Notes: generated by a model not told the origin, from the sequence alone. Shown: positions 33,205 to 54,015, numbered from the whole stretch's first letter. The stretch: DNA of 62,796 bases, filler included, from Collodictyon triciliatum (GCA_043381765.1; 13 parts of 13 records of this genome joined end to end with filler, not necessarily neighbours in it); one strand, 5' to 3'. Translations and numbers: made by a program.

Positions 33205-33747
33205 AATTTATGAGATAGTTGTGCATAGCAGAGCAAAAGCTGGTAGAAGACACAACTGTGGAGAGGCTAGCACCGGAAAGAAATCAGTGATAGCGAGTTG
33301 GTCAGGTGGGCGTCCCAACTGGTTGATTGGTTGCGTGGGTAGCGGGGGTTGGATATGCTGTGGGAGATATCTTACGACACATTCCCACATCTCTCTTCGC
33401 TTGCGGTCAGAGTAGCGAAGAATGCGGGCGTGTTTCAGCAGACTGTTCAGAAAGCTGTATTACACGAGGCTTTCAAGCCTGGCTACATTGATTTCTCGTA
33501 TGAACGAATCATTGGAGCGAGAGAATGCACGCACACTCCATAAGGACCACAGCATATGTTCCCTTGTGACTGTCCAGAGTATTCTAGAGTCGTGGGTCAT
33601 TTGGTATTGTGCGCCAAACAGGATGTCAGACGCGCTGAGTCGGCTGGGAGCATAATCAAGCTCAGAGAGCATCTTGTGGGTAGACTCTGTCACTTTTTGA
33701 GCAAGAGAGCACTTCACAAATGTGTGTTCGATAGAGTCATCTCCACT
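33205..33747 (-). mobile_element. Second, divergent L1/Tx1-like ORF2 C-terminus
   Basis: EHTFVKCSLAQ...ILFG...LWTVTREHMLWSLWSVRAFSR...SFLNSLLKHARILRYSDRKREMW...QLAITDFF parallels the protein at 5095-5600, but the DNA differs. One internal stop. Confidence 0.65.
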
Positions 33748-34187
33748 NNNNNNNNNNNNNNNNNNNNNNNNNNNNNNNNNNNNNNNNNNNNTTAATTAAT
33801 TAANNNNNNNNNNNNNNNNNNNNNNNNNNNNNNNNNNNNNNNNNNNNTTTATATATATATTGTTTCTCATTTTTTCGCTCTTCTTTGCTCATCTACACTT
33901 TCTGTTATGCTTTTATTGAAGTAATGATTTGGGCTTTATAGCTGTTCAGTCATAACATAATATCTCGATAAAATCCTTTTATAAACGATATCACTAGCCA
34001 ATATTCAAAAATGATAATTATACCATTGTAGCATTTATCAATATTTAACACCAGAGAAGGCTATCATAAAACGGTAACTAGCAATGTTAAAAACTGCCAC
34101 CCACTGCTAATCTTACATATTATGTAGCAGATATGCACAGTCATCCATGAAGCATACCTCAAGTCGGCTGCATCCATGAGCAATTAT

Positions 34188-34271
34188 TGACATATCCTAA
34201 TTTTTTTTTATTCTTCCTTTCAATTTTGTGCAGGATGGTGAAGATGTTGGCTTTGGTGACATATCCTAATT
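34188..34271 (-). mobile_element. About 54-bp family A insertion with 15-bp TSD
   Basis: TGACATATCCTAATT at 34188-34202 and at 34257-34271. Confidence 0.85.
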
Positions 34272-35148
34272 ATAAAATCTTGTGAAAAAAAGACATTTTT
34301 ATTTGTTTTAAGATTGTAATCTGCTTAACAATTTTATTCTGCACAACTTTTTTAAAATATGGAATTATTTAAGCACGACGGCTCATAATCAAGTTCAAAT
34401 AAATTCAGGTTGGTAACCTGGGGTAAGTGTGTTTTCGTCAAATAGTTCGGTATTTTCAAGCAGCACTGTACACGACTTCCATTTTCACATTCAATATCAC
34501 CGACTTAAGTGTAAGACTATTTTTATGCCTTAGACGATAACAAATCTTTCTTAATGTTTAATCATGTCCATCATCATTCGAGTATCGATGCGTATTCGTT
34601 ATGTTGCGGCTATGTGCATTAGAATATGGCCTATGAAAAATAAATTGACTCAAAACCAAAAATATGTCTAGCAAACAAAGTTATTTTTAACCTTTTAATC
34701 ATACATCAGTAATTAAACAAAAAAATACCATTATGAAACACAAATTAATCGAAAGATAAACAAAACAAAAATACCAAATTATGTCTTCAAGTAAAAAAAA
34801 AAAAAACATAAAAACATGGAACATAATTACATAGACCTAAAAAAAATAATTATATATTTTCGATAACTTAACATAAAATGCCCATTCTTAATAGCAAGAA
34901 GATATTACCTTGCCGTCATAATACTATCGAGCCATACGCACTCAAGCATACATATATTTGGGTCAAATACTACAATTAAAAAATTCACCAAAATTTATAC
35001 ACACTGCTAATATGTATAAACCCTAATCTACAACTTAATGCTATATGAAGGAAGAAAAACTCTCGAAAGTATTTTAAGCATGCCAAAAAAAGCTTGCTCA
35101 TGTTTAACGAGTGTCAAAGGATATTTGTACCTATTTTAAATCGTGTTA

Positions 35149-35239
35149 TGGTCACCACTGTAATTTTTTTTTTATTCTTCCTTTCAATTTTGTGCAGGAT
35201 GGTGAAGATGTTGGCTTTGGTGTGGTCACCATTGGTAAT
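35149..35239 (-). mobile_element. About 58-bp family A insertion with imperfect TSD
   Basis: TGGTCACCACTGTAAT and TGGTCACCATTGGTAAT flank a core identical to the 34203 copy. Confidence 0.8.
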
Positions 35240-37383
35240 AATTTTATATCGCTCTGATGCTTTAAAATAAATAAATAAATAAAAATGTACCAAATAATCA
35301 AACACAACGCTTTAAAAAGTAAACAAATATATCAAAGATAACTAAGTTCCAATAAAAATAAATTCATAAACAGTTTCTTTCTAGTAAAATTTGCCTAATC
35401 ATTTTTATGTAAGCCATCAATCACAAAGACCAATATGTAATAGGTAGTGCAGTATAAACCATATTTCCGGCACAAAAACTAGTTATTCACTTTCATCATA
35501 CTGGATTTTTTGACATAATCGTATGCTAGACATGAATTTTACAAATAATATATTTCACATACCGTGAATATACTCTTTTTATATTATATTCATTTCGTCT
35601 CAAATAATTATAATGGCACATGATTTATTCAACCATTCAACTCTTCTTAATAAGTCATTCACAAATGATACAAAATAAGATTTTGAGATATAAATAAGCC
35701 ACTGCGCACTGCAAGCGTAATCGCGGTCTTCAAGAGCTAACAATGATAATGCAGCCCATACACTATTTCTGTTTAAAAAAATCAAAATATCTACGCATTA
35801 ATGATGGTGTTGCTGATACACACAAATCATAGCAATAATAATAATGATTATAATAGATGAACTGGTTACATTTTTTTCCTTTATTCGATTCAAAGTGCAG
35901 CGAGGTTATGCCATACAAAAAATGAACTGGTTACGTAAAGTTGAACATAAAACTCATCAATAGTTAAATTTAATTTATTTTTTTTTTGTCAATTTATCGT
36001 TAGCGCAACCCTTTATTTAACCTACCTACACCGTCCTCAAGTTCGATATATCTTGATAAATAACATGTGCATAGCCATTTTGTACTTTATTTCGTTTTAA
36101 CAAAGTTGCACTTCAATTACTTTTTCATTTTTTTCCTCCTTTCAATTTGTCCAAAATGACGTAGGTTTTGTATTTGATGCATTACCTTTTCTTCTACAGC
36201 CCAATAATACAATTGTGCCTTCGCTACAAAGTAGTGACACAAGTCGGATTGGGCTTCATGTCAGGTCGGAGCAGGAACTGAATTAAGGATTTCCTCCTAT
36301 GCGCCTAGTAAGTATCGATAATAATCCCATCACATATATTGCTACAATAACCTAGATTCTAGACTTCAACATCATCCATGGTCAGATTTCATCGAACTGT
36401 AACAATTGTGCATAAGACTTTATTTTAAAATAATATAAATACAAATCACACGGGTCTAGTATTTCTTTTGACATATGAGATTCTACAAATCCATTGGCAT
36501 GAAAAGTCTTGAGGCCAACTTATTCACTAAAAATATATCAGCGTCGTTGTAATTAACTTCCCTCGAATTCCAAATAACATAATCAACCTTATACGCTATG
36601 AACATAAATAAACATTATTGATACAACAAAAGTAACATGAAAATTAAAAAAGTCAGTATCAATCATAGATGATGTGCCATAATATTAATTTATTATCTGC
36701 GATTTTAATTTTTTATGCATATACTGTATATTTTCTTGCACAGCATTACTCATATCAATGCGTGTCATTTCCCACCAACTCATATTAATTCACATTCATA
36801 TGCATTTATTTGCATTTATTTGCATAATTCTGAGAATTTCTCATCATTTCTACTCTATCCACATCAATCAGCACACCAATTGCCATATATTTGCACTTTA
36901 TCCCTTGTTCCCATCTGCCTTCCACACCATGCACCCGTGTCTCTTGCTTCACCACCTTTGCTTCCCTGCTTTTGCTTCATCACCTTCTTCGATATGCTAC
37001 GCTTCTTCGCTGTCATCCTCTCTGCCGCCTATGTACGGTCTTGCGTCCCTTGTGTCCCTCCCGCGCCACACTTTCTGCTTCCATGTTCGGTAGTGGCCGT
37101 TTGCCCTATAATAACACCCCGACTACCTACACACACAGCACCCTTCTTTCCCGCTTACCCACCATCACAAGAAAAAAAAGAATCTGTTCAAACTACCTAC
37201 CTTGCTCAGGTACCATATCTTTTTCCCCATCTGATACCACATAAGGCCCATCTATGCCATGTCCGGCCTTTACACAACACGTGCTGCCCCAACCCTAACC
37301 CTGACTCTAACCCTAGCTCTGACTCTAGCCCTGGCTCTAACCCTATAAGGCACAGGCACAGGCCATGATTCATACTATATTGG

Positions 37384-38020
37384 GTGCCCCTGAACAAACA
37401 ATTATCTTTATATTCTTTCGATATTTCGAGATTCTTGAAGATGGCTTTTTTTAACTTTCGTAACTCTGCCTTTTTAACAGCTTCCATCATATTCTCATGT
37501 TTAGGAACTTTTTGATTTATAAAGCGCAGTATCCTATTTACAAATGTTCTTTAGTGCTATTATGATAAGATGTTAACATTTGCTTCGCCAGGTACGGTAA
37601 TGCACGAGACAGTCCAACCAATCGGAAAGCGTTCTTCTCAGGATAAAAGGAATCGAAAATCATTATGATAAAAACTCATCATATCATCACTTATTTCTGT
37701 ATTTTTTTTTAAAAAAAAATGTGGGTCTATCTTTTGAAGCTATTCCGACTGTCTTTAAAGCGTCCAAAAAAAAAACATTTCACTGATTGTTGGGAGTTGT
37801 GATTTCAATATGTAACATCTTGCAAACAGATAAGTGTCGGTAACCAAATTACGACACAATAAAATCGTCCGTTGATTTTGTGATAGTCATCCGCATTCTT
37901 TACAATCGACTTTAGAGATGTTTTCACATTTCCATAGTCTGGTTTTACCGACTTTAGATTCTCAGAATGAAGACATTTTCTTTTCTTCATCTGAAAGTCT
38001 TTGTTTTACTTTTTCCTTTA
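37384..38020 (-). pseudogene. Fanzor1-like (eukaryotic TnpB/Cas12-related) N-terminal region, frameshifted and truncated
   Basis: Joining frames gives YGNVKTSLKSIVKNADDYHKIN / TILLCRNLVTDTYLFARCYILKSQLPTISEMFFLDALKTVG / DDMMSFYHNDFRFLL / GLSRALPYLAKQMLTSYHNSTKEH / VNRILRFINQKVP...KAELRKLKKAIF. This matches from memory the motif order of Fanzor1 N-termini. No RuvC region was seen. Confidence 0.6.
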
Positions 38021-39136
38021 GATAACTACCGAGTTTTCAATTTTAATATAACTTCAGTCAAACACTCAATTTAAACATAAAAATACTGCACAAAATCAAT
38101 TCAGGTAAAATTAAGCATCTACTGAGACCCTCAAAATGCGCGCATTGTGGCAAACAAATACACAAAGTTTTTTTATAAGTGATTTGAGACAAAACGCTGA
38201 GAGCTGATTCAGCGAGTTCGAAAGGACGGCCGTATAGCCATTGCGACTGAAAGTCAACATATCGGCCCCAGACAACATGATTACCGCCGCAAGTGTGGAT
38301 AGGATGCTTGTTTGAGATGCATGTTTGGTGAGAGGTTTATAGGGTGGGTTCTGTCGGGGCCAAGGTAAGGGCTTGTTTGTCATTTTTGAATTTTAATGAT
38401 ATTGATAATACACATAAATGCAAAATAAAATATAAATTGATTATAGGGATAGAATGCGATTATAAAGTATTTTTAATCTTATTCTATATACTAATCATTC
38501 TTTCATATCATTCTGGTTCTTTCTTGGATTCATCAAAGCTCCTGCTTTTGTCAATGCAGATTTAATTCGATGGTTGCCTGTGTGCAATAAACTGCTATGC
38601 ATGGGTATACTTTCGTTGTATAAAAAGTGTTGTGGCCAGAAAGGGATAAAGCCAAGTTCGTCACAACCTTTGGAATAAAGTTTATTCGTTTACAGGCTGA
38701 ATGAGAAAGGAAGGAAAAGAAAAAGAAAAAGAAAAAGAAAAAGAAAAAGAAAAAGAAAAAGAAAAAGAAAAAGAAAAAGAACAAACAAACAAACAAACAA
38801 ACAAACAAACAAACAAACAAACAAACAAACANNNNNNNNNNNNNNNNNNNNNNNNNNNNNNNNNNNNNNNNNNNNTTAATTAATTAANNNNNNNNNNNNN
38901 NNNNNNNNNNNNNNNNNNNNNNNNNNNNNNNAAAAAAAAAAACAAAAAAAAAAAAAAAAAAAAAAAAAAAACAAAAAACAAAAAACAAAAAACAAAAAAC
39001 AAAAAAAGAAAAAACCCACACACCCAGCTGGAAAAAAAAAACAAAAAACAAAAAACAAAAAACAAAAGAACAAAAAACAAAAAACAAAAAACAAAAGAAC
39101 ACTTTGAATCGAATAAAGGAAAAAAAAAGCAAAAGA

Positions 39137-41268
<2,132 letters not shown>

Positions 41269-41467
41269 AAAATCACAACTATTATGATTAAAATATATTA
41301 TTCATTAGCCCCTAGATACTACGAACACCTAAAAAAAATAAATGGATTTGCTTCCATGCATACATATAAGTATACTAATTATTATTTTTTTTCCTGGCTG
41401 GTGACATGTTATTATCCAGCTGAGGAAATATTTTAAGTTCAAAGTTTCCATTTATTGTAAGTTTCGA

Positions 41468-43408
41468 TTAGCTCCCTTGAACTTCGACAACGTTTGGTCC
41501 TTCAAAGTTCAGGATTAAATCGCGAACGTCGGTTGGGATTTGGGTTTTCGTTTGTCTACGTTGTGATAGTTATATGAGATATTTAAATTGTGTACACAGA
41601 TATGTTTCATTTGATTAAATAATGAGATGAGGTTGCTTCAATTTTTATCCAGTACCCAGCTTCTATTTTTTTCTTTTTACATTCCTTACAATATTAATAA
41701 AATAACATACTCGGACGAAATCAAATCAAAAGAAAACAAAACCATTTGAAAGAGTTTAAGAATGGGATTATCATATATGTGGTCCACCGTACCTTTCTGT
41801 GTCATAATAAACACAGCGACCAAAACCCTTAGCAACAACTAAACCATTCTTCTCCTTCACCTGATGATTCGGGTTATTTTTTTAATATAATTATTTTAAA
41901 AGAAAATAAGATAGAAAGAAAGAATCTTTGAATCGAATAAAGGAAAAAAAAAGATAGAAAGAAAGAATAAAGAAAAAAATAACAGTAGAATAGACCATGC
42001 AAAATATCTCAAGGAAACATCCACGCTCGTATCTTTATGAATTGTTTCGCAGCTTACGATTTCGTGAGAAAATGTAAAACTCGTATTTCCAATTTTTGGA
42101 ACTCTTGTTCGGACTAAAACTGATTCTTGAAAAAATATTGGGGCCAAGTACTGAAAACGACCAAAGGAGTGTTACATTTGTAATTGAATTAGTATTATTA
42201 TTATATTTCATGGTTTTACCATAACACGAATTGATTTACTTTTTTCTTAAAATATTTTTTTTATTTAAAATCAAAAATGCAGTATCAAATACAATTGATG
42301 GCAATAATGGGTAAAGTTCAAATAATGATGCGATTAAAATGGAATTATTATCAACATATGAACATACCTGACAATTCAACTCAGCAACGACGAAAGTAGC
42401 CAACTTTTTTGGGTTTAAAAAGCCTAAAATAAAGTATGAGTGAGTGAGTGATTAGTTTACAAATAATAATTATAGTAAAGAATGATAATGACTTATCAAT
42501 TAGATAGTTTTCTTTATTTTTGAGAACTACCAGAACGAACTGAATAGTCAACGCGGCCATTTTCCATCCAACCTATTGAGAAATGAAGATGAAAACGTAT
42601 TAAGGCTACCACACTGCATATCGCATGAGTATTTTCTCGATTAATAAGCGACGAGACACTTTATGGAAGAAGGCGCATATATGAATATGATTTCAAATGA
42701 GATATTGGCTGACTCACGGAAGTCTGTTCATCAGCCACAACCAATACATTATTTGATGTTGGAAATGTTGGTTGAATGTATTTTTTTTCAAAAAAAAAAA
42801 AAAAAGAGAATTAATGAATTAATAATAATTTAGTCGTCACAAATACGTATTAAAAAAAGTGGCAGCAGGATGGTGTATTTAGGGCGAAAACATACAGATA
42901 ACATTATTGACGTGCTGCATCGAATCAATCTCATTGAACTGAGCCTTGTGAGAAAACTCGGAGGGCCAATAAATGGCTAATGATATATGTTACAGGTAAT
43001 TCATATCCTTAATGGTACACACACACAAACAAACAAACAAACAAACAAACAAACAAACAAACAAACAAACAAACAAACAAACAAACAAACAAACAAACAA
43101 ACAAACAAACAAACAAACAGACAAACAAACAAACAAACAAACGCGCACGGAACTAAACATGCAATAATTCCACCGAAAAGATGACACCACAGAACGAGGA
43201 TTTTTTTTTTTTAAAAAAAAAAATAATAACATGTGTGGTTGTTATAAAACAAGCATAAAACAACAAAATACAACGAAGCTTTTAAATCGATAAAATGAAG
43301 AAAAAAAATACAACAAACCAAGGCAAATAATGAAAATAAGCAAACAGATCTTATATTATATAAAGTAAAAAAGGACCAAGAACAAAATATACTCACCGTG
43401 CTTCGCAT
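41468..43408 (-). CDS. 4HBT/YbgC-like hotdog acyl-CoA thioesterase with micro-exon(s)
   Basis: AQFNEIDSMQHVNNVIYFRWMENGRVDY...FVVAELNCQYLAPIFFQESVLVRTRVPKIGNTSFTFSHEI...VAKGFGRCVYYD...TQIPTDVR. The start exon is tentative. Confidence 0.85.
41908..41968 (+). mobile_element. Family B micro-insertion (25 bp) with perfect 18-bp TSD
   Basis: AAGATAGAAAGAAAGAAT [CTTTGAATCGAATAAAGGAAAAAAA] AAGATAGAAAGAAAGAAT. Confidence 0.8.
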
Positions 43409-44689
43409 TTGCCGACTGCGAATACGCGTGGGCCGATCGGGTCATTAGGCCTTGGAAGGCGCGAGAAACAACAGACATAACCGCTGGCGAAAATAGAGGA
43501 AGTTAGGCACATTCACGCACACACATACAGCGATAGTCAACAAGCCAGGTCGGCCTTATCCTTCCCTACTTACTTTACTCGACAATTGTCTGCTGGCTAT
43601 TTTGTGGTGTTGGCAATCCACCAATTGGGCGGTCAATATTATTTATTTATTTTTTTAAATTTTATGAATCAGCGATTGCTGTGGACAGACCTTCCGGGTG
43701 ATTGGGTTGTCCAGAAGAAGTGGAAGCAGGCAGGGTGCAATGTCGAGGAAGATATGGTTGTGCATTCATGTATTTACGATTGGCGGGATGGTCGCGAGAA
43801 AGAGAAGGTCAACACTTGTGGGGCTGCAGAAGCGAACGAGGGGCGAGCGAGTCCACTGCATCCTACCGACAGACAGGCCCGCACAAAGGCAAAGAAAATC
43901 CACAGCCATTGGCCNNNNNNNNNNNNNNNNNNNNNNNNNNNNNNNNNNNNNNNNNNNNTTAATTAATTAANNNNNNNNNNNNNNNNNNNNNNNNNNNNNN
44001 NNNNNNNNNNNNNNTGATAATGATAATGATAATGATAATGATAATGATAATGATAATGATAATGATAATGATAATGATAATGATAATGATAATGATAATG
44101 ATAATGATAGTGATGATAAAAGTAGAATGTTAAGGTACTAACGGGTGCAAGTTCTTCAGCAGCAGGAGCGTCGCGTCTAAAAAAAAAGGAAGTGATGAGG
44201 ACGAGACACACCAGGCACGGTTAAAAGTTGGTGGGAATGCGCCATACGGACAGGTAGAAGTGTAATCAGAAGGCCATTGTCGAGAACAATATGCCGAGAG
44301 TCAAACAAGAGAAAGGAAGCATACCTGGACATCTGAGTGAGTGTGTCTTGAGGGAGTGGAGAGTTAGAAATACGGCTCTAAGCCAATGAAAGCAACAGGG
44401 GATAAGAGGAAGACGCCTGAGCAGGTAAAAACACGCAGATGAGCGACTAGCAGGATTGATTAATAGCCTCGTAGAATTGTGATCTCAGCAAACACGGTTG
44501 GGAGCCAACTCCGCAAAGAAAACTCTGCTTGTTGTGAATATTGAGGAGGACAGACAAAGGTGGCGCAGATCACCCGAGGTTGATCGAACCCCAGCAAAAT
44601 ATGTTCGGTTGGATGGGACTGTGTCACACATCACAAGGCGTGGAGGCTACTTCTTGCGCATGTTATTATCTTGACCCTGACGCGCTCCT

Positions 44690-44980
44690 TCAGCACGAAA
44701 GGCAAGCGACGCAGTGAGCACGATACCCAACCCATTTACCAAATTTCCCACCAAGCAAACCAGCGAAGTTGAGCTCGATACCTCTAATCTGGAAATCGCA
44801 AAACACAAACTGACAAGCAAGGATGAAACTTCTGGTCTCGCTTGTCAGAATCCACAAATAGATTGGTTTCTTAATGGGATTATCGACATTCATGCCCACA
44901 ACAACCAAATTCCATTGAAGTTTGCTGCCCACATTACTATTCTGCAATGTCAACTTTCCGGAAAAGTCCCTCCAGGTCAG
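44690..44980 (-). mobile_element. Possible degenerate MULE-like transposase fragment
   Basis: DFSGKLT...LVVVGMNVDNPIKKPIYLWILTSETRSF...FCDFQ...YRAH loosely fits the MULE D.T.K...VG.D...P....L..ET...D pattern. Stops flank it. Confidence 0.25.
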
Positions 44981-45444
44981 GTTTATTTACAAATCATTGT
45001 GCTTCGCAAACAAAAAGGGATCGAGGGTTATAAAGGAAATGTTTAGCGAAGCATTGCGGAAGGTTATTCGCTGTCACAGTCACTGCGAGCGCGACAAAGT
45101 GATCAAACGGGAGGCCCAGATCCGCAAAACAACCTCAAAATCTATGCGGGGTGGTTGCGACTACCCAAAAAACGGTTCGCCCTTGTCGAATCACTCCATA
45201 GGAAAACAGCTCAAACAGAAGCCACACAAAGAGTCCCAAGGACACTTTCAAACACCACTGGAGATCACCACAACGAGAAGAAAAAAAAAAAGAAAGAATT
45301 CTATCACTTGAGACTGCCCCAACTTCTCTCCCAGAATCACTCCTCCAAACGACAGACGTTATTAGTATGTGTACCACAGCCCTTCTCACTTGCCAAACCC
45401 CCTTTGCAGGCACCGCTTAACTTATCCCCACCGCCGCTTCTGCC

Positions 45445-47528
<2,084 letters not shown>

Positions 47529-47551
47529 ACCCGCCCTCGGCCCTTTTGCTT

Positions 47552-47706
47552 TTATTCTCTTGCCGCTTCCGCGCCCAGCATGTCCGCCCCGCTCGGGTAC
47601 GCGAATCCGTACTTTTCGTAGGCCTCGATGATCTGCGCGTGTTGGGAGAGTCTCATACTCGTGGATGGTAGGACTTTTTTTTTTTTTTTTCCTTTTTTTT
47701 TTTTTT

Positions 47707-47738
<32 letters not shown>

Positions 47739-48768
47739 TTTCTATTCGTGGGGATTTCTGCCAAACCTTCTCTGTGGCTGTCTGGTCGACCAGGTCGCGG
47801 TGTCGCGCAACGTCTTCGATGGCCGCCTCGCGGGCTTTGAGCTCTTCCTCGTGGTGTGTCTTTCCGATTGATTGTTGGTGTGTCTAGATTGGTTTTGTTT
47901 TTGGTTATAGGAGGTGGTGGGCTTATCTGCGCGTGCGTGTGGGTGGGTGGGTGAATGGTCGGGTGCTTACCCTGAAGCGGTCTTCGTGGGATAGGAGATT
48001 CCTGATGGAGCCGTTGAGTCCGGATGCTGCGTGGGGTTTGGGAAGTTGAGGAGGGTAAGTGAATGATGTTGATGTTGATGGAGTACCGATGTCGATGATG
48101 GAGCGTGTGTTCGTGGCGAGGATGGTGTCGATGGCCGGGAGAGTCACGTTCAGGGCGGTGCGCAGGTTTTCCTTCGCTTTGAGGATGTTGTTTTCTTCGC
48201 GGGACCGCCTCTTGAGCTGTGGCAAAGAATTAGTGAAGCGTGTTGAGTACAATTATTCCGCATTTATTTGATTCTGTCCAGTTTCCATCGCCTTATGGAA
48301 GAGAACTCTCCCACTCACAAATACCTTTGTATTTCTTTTTCTTTTTCTTTTTCTTTTTCTTTTTCTTTTTCTTTTTCTTTTTCTTTTTGGTTTTTTTTCT
48401 TTTTTTAGCTCTCCTTTTTGAAATGGGTGTCACCAGGCCAAACAAGTACCTCGAACTCCCGCACGAAGGCAGAGATTTCAGCCTGAACAAAAGTCCCGTG
48501 TCCACCAAAGACCTCCGATTCGATTCGGCTGATGGAGCGCACAACTTTTATGGCGAATATAGAGGCATTTAAAGAAGAGCACTTGGATGAAACAGTTTAG
48601 GGTGTGTTTGGAGTGAGTGCATTGAAGAAAAATGGGTGAGCTCGGTCTTCAGTTGTGAAGATTAAGGACACCGTCGCTGCGACAACTCTGGTTATATGAG
48701 TCATCGGAGTTTTCAAAGTTACCTTTTGAGTACGGTTCTTTGGGGAAGAGCGAGGGTGCTGGCTGCAT
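47552..48768 (-). CDS. BLOC1S5: BLOC-1 complex subunit 5 (muted)-like, 6 exons
   Basis: Spliced: ISRIESEVFGGHGTFVQAEISAFVREFELKRRSREENNILKAKENL...TLPAI...LNGSIRNLLSHEDRFR...IIEAYEKY, resembling the muted motif H...QGE...FV.EFE.KR..RE. The first exon (ATG 48768) is tentative. Confidence 0.7.
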
Positions 48769-49201
48769 AATAAAAAATTCTACAAACTGAACCCTATTCT
48801 TTCCTTTGCAAGAATCCCTGGTAATCAGTATTAGACATCAGTTACTGTAATTACGCTAGATGTCATTACCTTTTTATCGTTCTCTTTTTAATTATTCTCT
48901 TTTTTATTATTCTCTTTTTTATTATTCTCTTTTTTATTATTCTCTTTTTTATTATTCTCTTTTTTATTATTCTCTTTTTTATTATTCTCTTTTTTATTNN
49001 NNNNNNNNNNNNNNNNNNNNNNNNNNNNNNNNNNNNNNNNNNTTAATTAATTAANNNNNNNNNNNNNNNNNNNNNNNNNNNNNNNNNNNNNNNNNNNNTC
49101 TTTATCTTTATCTTTATCTTTATCTTTATCTTTATCTTTATCTTTATCTTTATCTTTATCTTTATCTTTATCTTTATCTTTATCTTTATCTTTATCCATA
49201 G

Positions 49202-53584
<4,383 letters not shown>

Positions 53585-53984
53585 GCGAGACTCTTTGGGT
53601 GTGATGGCCGCCAGGGTTGTTCGGATGCCCTGGGACTAGCGTCATATATGAATGTATATTGTCCGCAATGATTTCATTCGCTACGCAGCACAAGACGAAT
53701 GCAGAATACGCGCCTGTCTATATATGTTGCTTTAGATGAGTATGCCTGATTCGCCGTGAAAGAAATCCTTGACTTAATACAATTCTGGTCAGTATGGCAC
53801 ATCGACTATGTATTTTAGTGCTGTGCAACCACAGAGTCTCCTCAAACACCACAACCTTGACGGAAGACAAACAAAGTGTCCAATCATTAAAAATGTGTGC
53901 ATATGACAGGCCACTGCTTTTAATAAATAACCGCTGAATGGAGCTCTATACCAAACCTATACTTTCATTATTGATTATATATTG

Positions 53985-54015
<31 letters not shown>

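Noticed and set aside
36715-37368. 217-aa ORF
   Set aside because: Low-complexity composition with no domain or splice logic; likely a repeat-derived chance ORF.
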